DNA from: the human T2T-CHM13v2.0 reference genome, Homo sapiens | Strand: one strand, 5' to 3' | DNA length: 64,000 nucleotides | NCBI RefSeq assembly: GCF_009914755.1 | Contig: NC_060925.1 | In this document: piece after piece, positions 1 to 14,061 of the stretch | How the letters are laid out: every line of letters begins with the position of its first letter | How positions within the stretch are numbered: position 1 is the stretch's first letter | Translations under genes and position numbers: made by a program | Notes under the pieces: generated by a model | Databases searched by the model: none | Told to the model about the DNA's origin: nothing | What the model saw: only the letters and a program-made list of their open reading frames with translations

Positions 1-59
1 AATATTGATCCTATCATTGATTCTAATGTTAGGCAAACAAACAAAAAAATCATTAGAAT

Positions 60-890
60 ATCACAAAATGCCCTTGACCATCTGACTGCAAGCTCCCTTT
101 CTAACTTTATCTCTCAAAATTCCATACCTTATACTTAGGCACACCAAATGGTAAGCTCAATTCTAGTAACATAAATAATTGTCATACTACAATGACTGCA
201 TTTGAAGTTGCCATTTCTTGGAATGCCTTTAGCTGAACTGCTGCACCAGGTGTATTTGCTTCAATCTTGAAGATCCTCATCAGCTATCCCTCTTTTCTTT
301 TTTTTTTTTTTGGAGACGGAGTCTCACTCTGTTGCCCAGGCTGGAGTGCAGTGGCGCTATCTCGGCTCACTGCAAGCTCCGCCTCCTGGGTTCACGCCAT
401 TCTCCTGCCTCAGCCTGGTGAGTAGCTGGGACTAACAGGCGCCCGCCACCAAGCCCGGCTAGTTTTTTTGTGTTTTTTAGTAGAGATGGGGGTTTCACCG
501 TGTTAGCCAGGATGGTCTCGATCTCCTGACCTCGTGATCTGCCCGCCTCGGCCTCCCAAAGTGCTGGGATTACAGGCGTGAGCCACCGCACCCGGCCAGC
601 TATCCCTCTTTTCAATGGATTTGTCACCTCACCCACCCTAATAACACAAATAGATTAAGTCATTGCTCAAATATTAATACAATCTCCCTAGAAAAGCCTC
701 CTGTGAATCACCTGTGATTATAACTCTATTCTCTATTCCATTACCCAACTGATATACTGATAAATCTTTTTCAAATTGTCTTCTTCATGAGACTATAAGC
801 TCTAAGAGAGCAGGGACTTTATCACTTCCTTATTCTCATGTATTAGAATGGTGATCACCACATATCATGCCCCAAATATTATTTCTTTTT
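60..890 (+). mobile_element. Degraded L2 LINE 3' region, interrupted by AluY
   Basis: 'agactataagctctaagagagcagggactt...gaatggtgatcaccacata' resembles the L2 3' end; boundaries approximate. Confidence 0.5.
298..597 (-). mobile_element. AluY, full length
   Basis: Poly-T tail then Alu body with Y diagnostics (gcaagctccgcc, ttcacgccattctcc, gttagccaggatggtctcgatc); perfect 16-bp TSD agctatccctcttttc at 282-297 and 598-613. Confidence 0.95.
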
Positions 891-3800
891 CTTACAAGTA
901 TAAATAGTGGTGTACTGTGTAAACTTTGACAACCTGAACATTTAATGTCATGGAAAATATCCTATACAGTTACCTTTTAGATTGATTATTAGAATACTAT
1001 AGTGTATTAAGTTTCATTATCATTTGTTATTGTTTATGAACATTGATGCATGAAAAATGTTTTTTCTCAGTAGCAAGCATTGAGTTTTCTATTAATTTTA
1101 TATCATAATTAGTTATGTATTCTGAAATAATGTATCATGTTATTTATATATCTCTAATGATCATTTTTAATTCTGTATTTGGTACTCATTGTTCACTTAT
1201 TTCTCTCATAATCACATCAAATATTAAAAAATATTATTTTCAATATAATGTATTATATTTTCTATTTGGAAAAAATGAAGATCCTCTCAAATATTAAGGA
1301 ATCGCATTATAATCTGAATGAAAAATAACTTAATAATGCTATTAGGGAAGCTACAATTCCTATCCTAGGCTTTATGATAATTTATTTCTGAGTATTGTTT
1401 GAGAAGAATCTTACACATATTTAATAGTACAAAATTCAATCAATGTTTAGCATGTTACTACGTCAGAAAACTACTGAATACTTACAATACATATATATTG
1501 CTTTAAATATAGTGAATTTGTACATTTTGGAGTTGTTATCTGGAACTTTCTGCCAAGTATCTGAGATCACAGGGCTTCAGAAGCAAATCAAACCTGTGGA
1601 TGGGGGTGGGGTGTCTCTTGCTCTCTTTACATATATTATAGATGATACATATGAATATATATTTTATTTGTATGTGCACTTTCAAATAAGAAGATTAACT
1701 CATGATCTGATATCTGGAGAGCTTGTTCTTATCTGCTTCCAGGAATCTGAACGCATGGGCAAGAAATCTTTTTGATTTCTTAATCATAAATAAAACTTAC
1801 ATCATTTTCTTTCAAGCATACTGTGTAGCGTGCCAGCATTTCCTCCTTGTCAAGCATGTCAAGTATGGGACATTATCTCACAATTGATATATATTTTAAA
1901 TTGCCTGACTTGCTTGTAACTATGGACTAAGACATACATTCTATCAGATACAAAAAATTACAGTGAAACAACACTAAAATCTAGCTTTATTGGCTTTCCC
2001 TGCAATTACGTGTTCATTCTTTGTAACTTCTGAGATTTAACTGTATTTGAACTTGCTTTGTAATAAATGTTTTCAGTGAGACGAAGCAGCAAAATCCATT
2101 ATGCTTTTCCATAGACTCATAATATTAGTATGTTCATATACAGAATATTCAAGTTTTACATTAAAAGATGTCTGTTTTTTTCTGTTAAATCTATGCCATT
2201 TGTGTGTCAACAGCGCACAGACTGCAAGGATTTAAAAACAACAACAAAAAATCAAATAACAAAAATTAGTGCTAAATATTTGTCGTTACCAAATTATTTT
2301 ATTGAATATCAGGTGTCTCTGTGAATCTTAGTAAAATTTTTCAAAAGTAAAACTAAAACATAGAAAGTATAATTAATACTTTAGCAATTATATTTGTTTT
2401 AATCCAATGTCCAAAATAAGTTTTTTATTGTTATTTCATTGAAGTAAAAAAAGACTTTGTCCATGACAGGTGTGACATTTCAAAATTTACTATAACTACT
2501 CAATAAAATTCCATGTTTAAAATTACTTTTCCCAAGATTTTAAATGTTAGAAAGATTAATACTCTCTATGTGATTATATACATGACATAAATCAAATGAT
2601 TTTTTAAAATAGTTTTTTCTGCTTTTTTCTGTAAAAGTTTTATTTTTCTCTCCCTTTCTTAGTATTACATATTTATGTTATTATTACAACATTCTTAAGA
2701 AAAATGTATTCACAATTTGTAGTCTCTAATTTCCAGCCTGAAAGTGGGAAAAACTCTTCTGCTGAAATTTTTTCTGAATTTTCATTAATGTGTCTAATGC
2801 TTACATAGTTTTAAAGGCAAGGACTATTGTTACTATTATATGCACACCTCTGAGTGTGTATACTTCTAAGATATGAGAACACTGGTCTCAGTAAGTTATG
2901 TGGTTTCGTTAAAACTCATGAAGGATTTCTTCAAAATGTTCACGTTAGTTTAAAAACAATGGTGAAAATAAAGATTGACTCATTTTCTAGCAGTGAACCT
3001 CAGCAGTTCATTTTATCCTAACATGCCATCATTTATTTAATATTTACACAAAATATCTGAGCTTTCGTTTAAATATTTGCCATTGACACAGATCTCTAAT
3101 CCTTAAGTTTTGTGTTAACACTTCAACATTTGTACTGAAAAGATCAAAATCCAACGTAAATGTTGTAATAAACCAACCTTTATAGTTTGGCAACCATGAA
3201 AGCAGAAATCATAGGCCCCCACTTCGCAGTATTTCTAATTGCACTTTGACGAGGCAAATATAATTATTTCTGGATTTTGTCTTTATGTGTTTTTCCCAAA
3301 CTCTTAATAATATAAAAAACCCTCTCTTTAATATAGTTTGATGATTAAATTAATTTATATTATTTGTTTCTCTACCATAAAATAATTAACCTATGTATTC
3401 ATCATTCTACTTCTCCTAACTTCCTCCCTTACCTGATTAGGAGTTTTATTAACATTTTTGGTTCTTATCTTGTGACACTTATAACTTTAAATAATGCATT
3501 ATAATCTTTTCTTCTTCTTCTGTTCAGTTTGAACAATATTTTCTTACTATACAAAGTTAAGACACTACTTCATCCACCCTTCCATTTATCTCTCCTATTG
3601 GTATAAATTACTTTACATTGCCCCATTTGGGAGTGGCTGGCTAACTAACTTGAGGTCAGTTTGATCATGTTCTGGAAATAAAACATGTATGTGCCAACTA
3701 GAATCTACTCCTCCAGTTGTCATTCTGTTTTATTGAGTAACATGTATTAAGTTATTTCTAATTTAAAATACCTAGAGGAAATTCTGATATCTATGCTGAG

Positions 3801-5184
3801 TACAGGGTAATATTGTTATTACATAGGTTCTATGATTTTATCATATAATCTGAAAAAAAGGAAACAAGTATTATATATAGGAATTACTATGCATAATTTG
3901 CTGCATAATCAGGAAGTGAGACTTCAATCATGATTCATTTGTCGCTTTATGAAGAACGTTCTGAAAGTCACAATCAATCAAGTATATTCTCTGTCTTGCT
4001 CTCTATCATTCTTTATGCCTCTTTCTCTTTCTCTCTCCTTGCTCCCACCATTTCCTTTGCTTTTACAAATTTTATCATGCGGAGCAACTCTCTTGAATAT
4101 TTTTATTAAATGATTGCACAGTTTTGCCCCTGAACTCTGTCCCATTCTTTGCTCTTGCTGATAGTGAAAACAGAGATTATCTCTGGCTGTATTATTCTAT
4201 CCTTGCTATTATGAGTTTTTACCCCTTTCTAGTTAACTATAATTTCAATTGTATTTGAGAAAAGAGGGCACTCAAATGTTCACTTAATCCTGTATCTTGA
4301 ACTGCTGGTAAGTTATTAAGTGTTTTTTCAGCTCGTATAAATATAAAAATCAACAAAGTATCTTACAAATGCTAGCTCTCCTCCACATTAACCATGCGTT
4401 TAATTAAATATTTATAGGGCACCTACTATACGAGTTTTAAAGATTACATTCATTGAAAAATGAGCAAATTAGATAGGGGTCTTCAAGTTCATAATTTATT
4501 GCAAGAGGCAAACAATAAATAATTACATATATAAATAATTTGCTTGCTAAAAAAGAATACCATTAGAAACTAATTTAGAGTAAGAGAAATTTTAAAAAGT
4601 CTACTAAAAAATAACTATTAAACTAAAACCCAAAGCTTACCAGCTTTTTTGTTAATCTTATTTTGTATTTTATCATCTCTTTTTGATATTAACTTATGTA
4701 AAATTTTTAAGTTCATGGTTTTCCCTAGATGCAAAGCATTGCTTTATTTTTTTTAAAATACCTTCATCAAATTATTGAAGTTCTTCTAAAATGTATTCTT
4801 TATTAATATTTACAAAGTTATGTTTGCAAAGATACGTAAATAGTTTTCTTACTGAATTGGTATTTATTTTTTCAGCATTTCAGCATCTATTGATTTAGCA
4901 TTTTTCTGATCAGGAATAGTGTCATCTGAATTTGTTATTCATTGAAGACTAATGTGGTTGACCTTTCTCTGACTCATAAATTAAGAACTATCTGTAAAAC
5001 CGATTTATGTTTTGAATCTTCCATGACAACTGGTTACCTCAAGTTAATCTTTGATATTGACTGACTATTTCTGTTTAATTTACATTTGAAGGCTTGTTAT
5101 TGATTCCTTATCTTCCCTATTCTAAAGGAAGTGAAAAACAAGTTACAGATTGACTGTCTGCTGTTAGAGTATTGGACTACATTC

Positions 5185-5601
5185 TGTCCTAGCCTTTTTG
5201 GGCTACAATAACAAAAATACCATAGAGGGGGTGGCTCATAAATGACAGGAAAGTATTTCTCATAGTTCCTCATAACAAGGATGCCGGTTGTTGCTCTCAA
5301 AGACAACAGAGATTTGGAAGGAAGAGACTAGAAGTTCCAAGCTCAAGGTGCCAATAGATTTGGTGTGTGGTGAGTGCCCAACTCCTGGTTCATAATCGGC
5401 CATCTTTTTGCTGTGACTTCACAAAGAGGAAAGAAAGGGGAAGGATGCTTTCTGGGGGTCCCTTTCATAAGGGTTATAATCCCATTCATGAGGGTGATAC
5501 CCCCATGACCTAATTATCTCCTAAAAGCCCCATATCTCAATACCATCATTTTGGAGATAAGGTTTCAACATATGAATTTTGGGGGGAATTAGTCTATGTC
5601 A
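5185..5601 (-). mobile_element. MaLR solo LTR (MLT1A0-like) with ~55-bp internal insertion
   Basis: 'ggctacaataacaaaaataccatag...aatcccattcatgagggt...ccatgacctaattatctc...tttcaacatatgaattttgggggg' matches MLT1A in reverse. Confidence 0.85.
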
Positions 5602-6594
5602 TACTCTGCATATGTTTTAATTCTGCATGCACTTTGAGATTTCAACTTATGATCTACTTCAGGAAGTTTAAGGCACTTAAGCAAGAAGCAGAGGTAAAAG
5701 AAAGCCCCACTAGTTACTGAATTTTTTTTAAATCCATAACTATTTTTCCTTGATCGGTCAATATTTGTCAGAAGTTGCAAATATGGTTACTGTATTTTTG
5801 TTACATGTCTTACTCCAATTCAGTCTTACCTTTCTGTTTTACTCCACTGCATAGGTTTAAGCAAAAATGCTATGCCAATTAAGTGTCTCCTTTAACTTTC
5901 TTGTTTTGCTGTTCCCTGGTAGAGGGATGATCTCCTGGGTGTTTTGTTTCTTACATGACCCTTCCTTCCTCCAGGTCCGAGGTCCAAACTACAAACTCTT
6001 GTTGTTAAAAGTTTCACATTTCATAATGCATGATTAGAAATCACTATTATGTTGGTCCAAATTATATACCCTCTAGCAAACACTCTTCCAGGTGTATGTT
6101 ATTTGTTATTTCCTGGTTTCAGAAAGTGATTGTGTCCAACCCTCTAGCTCATTTCTTTCTTTATGCCATTCCACATTGAGTTATGCAATGTGTAGTCAAT
6201 ATAAAGACAACATTAAACCATAATGAACAGAATGAGAGAACATAGTGTGCTTATGTAATTTGGAAAACTAGCACTCCATTTATTGCTAATTGAACAACAG
6301 TGTGTATGTGTGTATGTGTGTTTGTGTGTGTACATAAAACTAATTTTTCCATTATTTCCTAGTGAAAGCTCACTCTAGAAGTGGGAAGAATAAAGAAGGA
6401 TAACCATCTGTCACAAATGGAGAAACAATTCAAGGAAATATTAGCTACATATTAAAAATAACTTCAACTTCAAAACAGAACTTAGGAGCTACTTAGTTAA
6501 GCTACCAGTTTCAACTGTCCTTTTCCGCATGGGAAATAGTCATGCAAATTGTCTTTAAATTCTCCAAGAATTAAAAATGCTCCAGCATTCCAAG

Positions 6595-7100
6595 CATTTA
6601 TTCAACATTTAACTATTATTATTTTGTGCTTAATATTTTATTGGCCCTGTGTATACTACTGAGGATAAAATAGTGAATAGATGATAGTTGAATATAACAT
6701 AACAAAGAGGGTGTCTATAAATACTGAACAGTCTTTAGCTGATGAGGGAGCAAGACAGAGGAAACAATGCAAAGAATGCATTGACTGTGGATCCTCAGAG
6801 ACAAGCGTTGTGAGACAACACAGGGGTTACAGAGACATTAAAAATAAAGTTCTAAAGTAAGCAGCTGTGAGAATATGGAAATATTTTTATTTCTTATAAA
6901 GTGCCTTGGATTTTATCCTCTATGCAATAGAGTGATTGGCAAAAAATTAATCATCAAATGTACACAGAAAAATCTTTATTTTAGATGGATCACGCTAGCA
7001 GATTTTCCTAATTTGAAGGAGGTGAAGAGGGAAACAGGACAGCAGTTGTTGCTGTGAAAAGCAACAAAGATTTAGAAAGGGGAAAAGTATATGAAAAATC
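6595..7100 (-). mobile_element. Degraded L2 3' end
   Basis: 'catttattcaacattta...ctgaggataaaatagtgaatag' and 'ttggattttatcctctatgcaatagag' are typical reverse L2 motifs. Confidence 0.55.
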
Positions 7101-7748
7101 ATTTATCTGCCTCAGTTCCACCTACTTATCCAACACAGAGGTCTGTCCATCAGACATATGAAAGGTGAAAGAACAGAAATGTAAGGGAACTGAGATTGTA
7201 GAGATAGAATTGCTTTCCCTTCTTCAGTATCCCCTAAGCACCATATATTGTGTACATACAATGTATATATTAAACTCACTGTTTCCAAGATACCATAGAA
7301 TTTCAACCAAGAATACTACTGTCAATGTATTCTCTTCTGCTGAGAATGTTTTCTTTCTACCACGCGTTTTTTTAGCTACACCTTCATCCATTTGTCAAAC
7401 ATATACCGACCCTTCAATCTTACCTTTGGATCTTTTAGCATTTGCCTTTATGGGAAGTCTGCTATGCCACCCCAACATAATTAATTCCTATTTTCTCCAT
7501 TGTCCTGGAGTGATATTACATTTGACACTATACATGACACTGAGGAGGTAACCAATAGCTATTACATAAGAATTAAATTATAAAATTTTAAATTAAACTA
7601 AAATTTTGTTAAATTATAAAATTTTAATTACATATATGATTAAAAGCATGGGTGGATAAGGAAACTTGGATATATCTAAATATATGATTATATTGTTATT
7701 TATTATTTACTATTGTATTTTATCCCAACTTGTTCATGACAATTTACC

Positions 7749-7807
7749 AAAAAAAAAAAAAAAAAAGAAAAAAGAAAGAAAGAAAAAAAGAAAGAAAAAT
7801 AAAAGAA
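7749..7807 (+). repeat. A-rich / (GAAA)n simple repeat with no upstream Alu body
   Basis: A-run of about 18 followed by gaaa units. Confidence 0.85.
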
Positions 7808-8059
7808 TATGCTTCTGAGGATGAAAATCTGAAAGCCATCATTTGCCAAAACTGGTCTCAAGGAGGCATTCAAGACATCTGTAGAAACAGCATCTTCACC
7901 AAAATCATACTTAAAGTAACCAGTAGTAGTCAAATTAGGGGAAAAACCCTAGGATTTTGACAATGCTCTTTATCATTTAATCTACTTAAATGCTACTCAA
8001 TAAGAAGCTAATATGTATACAAAGGATTAATATGACCTACTTTATACAGGTAAGAAACA

Positions 8060-8520
8060 CGATGTGACAAAGACTTTTGCTTGTCCACTAGCATTTCTTT
8101 CATTGGTCTTCCTTTGACATTAATAGTCTTAATTTAAATCCCCTTTACCGATTCCTAACCAGACCATTTTTTTCCCTAACCTACTTAAAGGTAGATATGG
8201 CCAAATGAAGAAATACTGGCCAATGTAACGTGAGAAGATGTGAGCTCTGCATTTTCAGCTATGCCCTTCAAATATACACATTTTTAATTTCCTATATTTT
8301 TCCTTTTTCTGCTGACGGGGAAAGTGAGAGGTGGATCAGCCACTATAGATGCAGAGATGAAACCTAAATGCTGAGGATGGCAGAGTTGTTTTTGAGGTTC
8401 TGAAATGTTTACCTCTGGACTGCTACTTAAAAGAGAAAGATGTATCTATCTTGTTTAAACTACTATAATTATGGATCTCGATGTCACTAAAGCTTTTTAT
8501 AAATCAATACTAACCAAACA
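8060..8520 (+). mobile_element. Old MaLR LTR (MLT1J/K-like)
   Basis: 'gtagatatggcc...ctggccaatg...ctctggactgct...atctatcttgtttaaactacta' motifs. Confidence 0.55.
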
Positions 8521-11500
8521 GAGAAAATTGTAAGGTAGCATTCTCTTTGAAAATGCAATCCAGTTAGAGAATAAAGTCAGGAATTTTGACTATCAGTCGA
8601 GTGCTTAGGCTACTAATCATAGTATTTCTATATTGAGGATATTGAGGTAAATACTCATTAAATAATTGCTATGTAGTATTTATTGTGCTATTCATGTAGC
8701 CCTAGGAAGTACTATACTTCTGTTTTAGCAAGTTAGGTTTGTCTGGAATCATATTGTAAAAGTTAATTTGGGGGGAAATTTGCTTTTTGGTTAAAAATAA
8801 TTGCCTATTAACTTTTGGCCCCAGTATTTGAGAAAGAGATGATGTGAAAATATGCTACTGAGAAAAACCTGTCTCATTCATTCTTTTGCATTATATCCTC
8901 TTGCTTCTTCTAAATAGTAGGGCATTTTGCACATTTGTAGTAGGCAGTTAACAAATGTTATTGAAACAATAGAACTCATAGCAGATGGGACAGACCTAAT
9001 GGGTTAAGAGAGTTAACAGTGGCTTAACAGAATTTAACAGGCATGTCTCCTAAATTGGTAGCCATATTGTTACTCCTAGACACACTCTACTTGAAGTAGT
9101 TAACACTGACCGAAAGTGGATGATTGTAAAATTAGATGACAACAATTAAAAATCTCTGAACTTGGAAGTGCTTTTCATTTAACAAAATTAGCCTTCTTGT
9201 TAATAAAACTTTACATCAAAAAGTGATAATATATCTGGTTAAAGAGGATAGCTCAAATTTAATGAGCTATTACATCCCTAATATAATATAAATGGTTAAC
9301 AATGTTGTTGCCAGCTTTATCTCCAAAACCACACCTCTATGAAAAAAATTATATATATATTTATATATTACACTTAATAAACTCAGATGAGTTATATGCA
9401 AGGCACTGTAGGAGACAGGTGAAAAAGCATGTTTCTGAGCTGCTATGGATCACAGTTGATAAAAAGAAATTAAGTATACAAACAAGATAGACTGGTGAAT
9501 ATTATTGTTTGATTGAAATGTGACAACTCCTTTTACAGACAAATTATGCACATTATAATCCTACTATCAGAGGAATATATCTATTTACTTAGCATAGAAA
9601 TTAAAAACTAAAAAATAGATTACACTTATCTAAAATAGAATGGAGCTCCGAATGATATTTGTCAGAATGAACCACAGAGCAATGAATTTGACAATAAAAT
9701 ATGCAGACTAGAACTTTGAAAATCAGCCTAGGAAAAATTTAGGTTTTTTAATGGAATAAATATTTAGACTTAAAATCAGGCAAACTAATTCTTTTAAAGC
9801 AAGTTAGAAAAAAATTGGCAATATATCACTTTACAACTAGGTTGATCATAAAAAAATAACATTCTTTTACATGCTCAGATGCACCTTAAAATGAGTCAGT
9901 GGGTTGTGGAACCTAACGCATTTTCTCCCCAATTATTTTTGAAAGGTTCTTGACAAATATTTTCCTGGGAAAGAATGACAGACTGTCTTCTTTATTTTGT
10001 TTTTATGAGACTCTTATTTTTATCCTGTCATAAGAGGCAAATGGCAGAGCTATGATTTGGGTAAGCTATGTAGCAGAGGCTCAATTTGCACAACTTATGA
10101 TACAGCTTTCTTTAATCCATCAAGGAATGCAAGTTATATGGTCTTTCAATAAAAGATGTAGGTTTCATTATATATGTTCATGGATTCTATCTTGACAATC
10201 TTAAAAAGGTACCAACAGTTGCTGAAGCAGAAACTGCATATGATACTGAAAGCCTTAAAAAAACTGCCTGAAGCATTATGAAAATTTTCTACTTGAATAT
10301 TTTTGTCATATAATATAAAATTAAAAAGTTAACTTTAGATACAAATAATTAGAAAACCAGCTATACTGAATATGACAGCTCTGTGTAAGTGGGCAGGTAA
10401 TATTAGAACGCCCTAATAATTGAAATGTAAAAGGTCATTCTTTACTTCTCAGAAAAAGGTTATTATTCAAATAGTAACATAAAATATTGTTTTAAGATTT
10501 GAAAACAGTTAATAAAATTTTGAAATTACAGTGTTGTAAATAGAAATCTCACCACTCTGGATATAAAATACCTGCTTTCCTGTGAATGTTTAAGATGACA
10601 TATGTCTCTCTAAATTATATAAGGCAAATATTAAAAGTATTAATTTGTTAAATTACCCAATAGATACTTCACATTTTTCAATTCTTTTAAATTTGTTTCA
10701 GTAGCTATTTAAAACACAATATACCCTTTTTGAAAAGCATACTTATTTTCTAGTCAATTTCATTCTTCTAAACATTGGTTTTCATTTAGTCTGATGAGAA
10801 GCCTCGCTACAGACCCTCACCGCCTGGGCTCCTGAGCATGTCCAATTCTGACACATTATTTCAATATTCTGTAAATGCTTTCATGGAGGGTTGAAATTTA
10901 AAAAATAAAAAAAGCTGTTGGAGAGAAGCTCTTTCAACATAGAACTTAACCCTGATCGTCATTATAGTACTTGTTCATTCATTAAACCAACAAACCAATG
11001 AACAAACAAGTAATAATGGTGATTTTAATTTAAATAGACTGTGACTTCCATCTAGCCAGCTATTCTGGTTAAAGTGTCTTCTGTTTATAGTTACTAAATA
11101 CATATATTCTCCCAGTATCTACCTAAAGTACAGTTTCTCTCAGGAAAGAATGCCATTGCATATCTCTTTTAAAATATGTGACTGAATTCAATTATTGCTA
11201 CTAACTCCCTCAGTCAATACCAAGGAGACATTATTAAAGGCAATATTGTTAAATGATAACTATATTGATTTGATAGTCCTCAAGGATGGGTACTTTCCTC
11301 TCAGTCATTCTTCAAACTGAAATACAAATACAATATTTCTCTAACTGAGCTTCATCCAACCAAGTATTACTTCATGCAGTAGCTAGAAAGGAATAGTCAG
11401 TAATTAATAATGTCACTGTTCTTATGTAATATCTTCTGGCAGAAGATTAAGACATGCTTGTAGGTATATTGGTAGATTTGGTGGTGATGACAAAGACTAA

Positions 11501-12853
11501 AATTTTATCACATGTTTATCATGTGAACATACAAAATAGTATCATGAAAAAAACTTTTGAAGCTTTAAGTCCTTATAACTGATCTCTTAATAGAGTTCAA
11601 ACCTTATAAAAAATAGAAACCTGCCTACAAGTTAACAAAATGAAACCAATGCCTTTCAGGACTTGAGTCTAAGCCATTGGGTCTCCAGTTATTTTTAATT
11701 TATTATCTACATTAAGGTTTTATTTTAATTCACAAAAATATAAACATTTTTACTAATTTAGTGCAGAATCTCAAAAGTAAATTTTTCAGTCAGAGTTCTT
11801 TTTAAAAAATCTCATATTTATGACTGGTTATTAAAATGCTCAACTACATTGAGATTCTCTAACTTCTTTCAGTAGCCAAGGCATTAGCTGCTCTGCATTC
11901 CTCTTTCCATCCCCTATCCTCTTCATATTGCTAGATCACAACAGCACAATTTTTCACACTACTATGACTATGTAAATATAAGCAGAACTAAACCAAATAA
12001 TATATTAATTAAAATTTCTTTTCAATTTTGTTTCCTGGATTTAATAATTGCCTTATTTTTTATTTGCTCAGTGTTCTAATTGTTTCAAGTGTTCTTACAG
12101 ATGCATGATATGCCCGTCATAAACTTTCAAAATGCTCAGACACCTTTGCGAATACTCAAATATTCTAACCATTCTTTTTAAAAAATTATATCTAACCTTT
12201 TATTTCTTTTTCTGCTGTTCTTTCTTCTTCTCATTTTTCTAAGACCTGCTTCCTACAGTCTTCTTGCTTTCTACTGCCATCTAGAAAGACTCATGTCCAA
12301 ACAAATATAGTTCAAGGGTAAGGTTAAATAAAAGACATTTTCAATAATGGGAAATTAAAGAGAAATTTGGATATTTTTATGTTTTCCTTTTTTTTTTTAA
12401 TTTGGTAGAGCTGTGGAAGATGGGCTCCAATAAAATGAAATGGTAAAGCAAAATGAAGGAAAACATGGGGTATAAAACATTAAAAAGTAAAGTCCCCAGA
12501 TGAACTAAAAAAATGTTAGCTCTCCTTTCCCTCTGCAACCGTCTCATCTTCCAATCTCTTATTTTTAAATTTTCTTTTTTATCTCCTATACGCTCCTACA
12601 GTCATATTTTATTTTTTGAACTAACTTCTAAACTTTTACTCTTAATAGAGAACTTAGCTGTAAATACTTTCTGTTCATGATATCCAAGCTTTCTATTTTT
12701 TATTTTCACTCTGCAAACCATGTAATATTTCTATTTTTTGGTAATTTTCAGAAATGTATTTAGTCTTTGTATTTTGATAGTTGTTTTGTTTAAAACAAAT
12801 TTTTCTAATTATCAACATCAAGATTCAAGCAACATCTTTTATTGTCATATAAC

Positions 12854-13129
12854 TTTTTTTTTTTTTTTTACTTTAAGTTCCAGGATACATGTGCAGAATG
12901 TGCAGATTTGTTTACATAGATATACATGTGCCATGGTGGTTTGCTGCGCCTATCAACCTGTCATCTAGGTTTTAAGCCCAGCATACATTAGGTATTTGTC
13001 CTAATGCTCTCCCCTTGTCTCCCACGCCATGACAGGCCCTGGTATGTGTTGTTCCCCTCCCATGTGTTCTCATTGTTCGACTCCCACTTATAAGTGAGAA
13101 CGTGCAGTGTTTAGTTTTCTGTTCCCGTG
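12854..13129 (-). mobile_element. L1PA8-like 5'-truncated 3' UTR fragment
   Basis: 'tttaagttccaggatacatgtgcagaatgtgcag...tcatctaggttttaagccc...ctcccacttataagtgagaac'; candidate TSD atataac at 12847-12853 and 13130-13136. Confidence 0.9.
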
Positions 13130-13766
13130 ATATAACAAGAAAATTAACATATTATTTCTATACATTACTCTTCCACTTTTCTCTTTATCATGATAAGATT
13201 GCTCTGTGTTTTCCTTGTGCAGATTTTATTGTCAGGATGCCTTTTGACCTTAGTGTTTGTTTGGGAATCTATACTTGGTACTTAAATATAAATTAATTAA
13301 CTGGTATAAATTCTCTTGATCCTTTTAGTAGTCTTACACTCTTTTTTAATTTGTCTTTGGTTGGCTGCAATATAAGCAAATTCTGGTGATGTTTTATGTA
13401 GCTATACTTTCTGAGGACTTATATACCTGAGTCTTTTATGTCTTAAACATAAGTGACATCTGACAATACGTTTAATGCTGGATTTTTGTTTTATTTAGTT
13501 TTTATTGTAGCAAACACGTCTAAGGATATTTTAAGATATTTTCCTTTTTTTCTTACTTTTAATGCACATCCTTTTATTTAGTCTGTTCTTTCTCTTTCTG
13601 GATATCTGTATCATAAAAACTAAAAATAAAATATTATGCTAATTTTGTAAGTCTGTAATAAGATAACAGAACAAATTAATAGAATTTATACCCAAAGACT
13701 TGTTTAAGTAAAAACTTTATATGACCAAATTCTGCATATTAAAATATGAAAATTTTAGATTTTTAA

Positions 13767-14061
<295 letters not shown>

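Noticed and set aside
1115-7960. AT-rich ORFs of 60-128 aa (for example 1443-1775, 7165-7551, 7730-7960)
   Set aside because: Low-complexity I/F/L/K-biased translations with no recognisable domain and no convincing splice context
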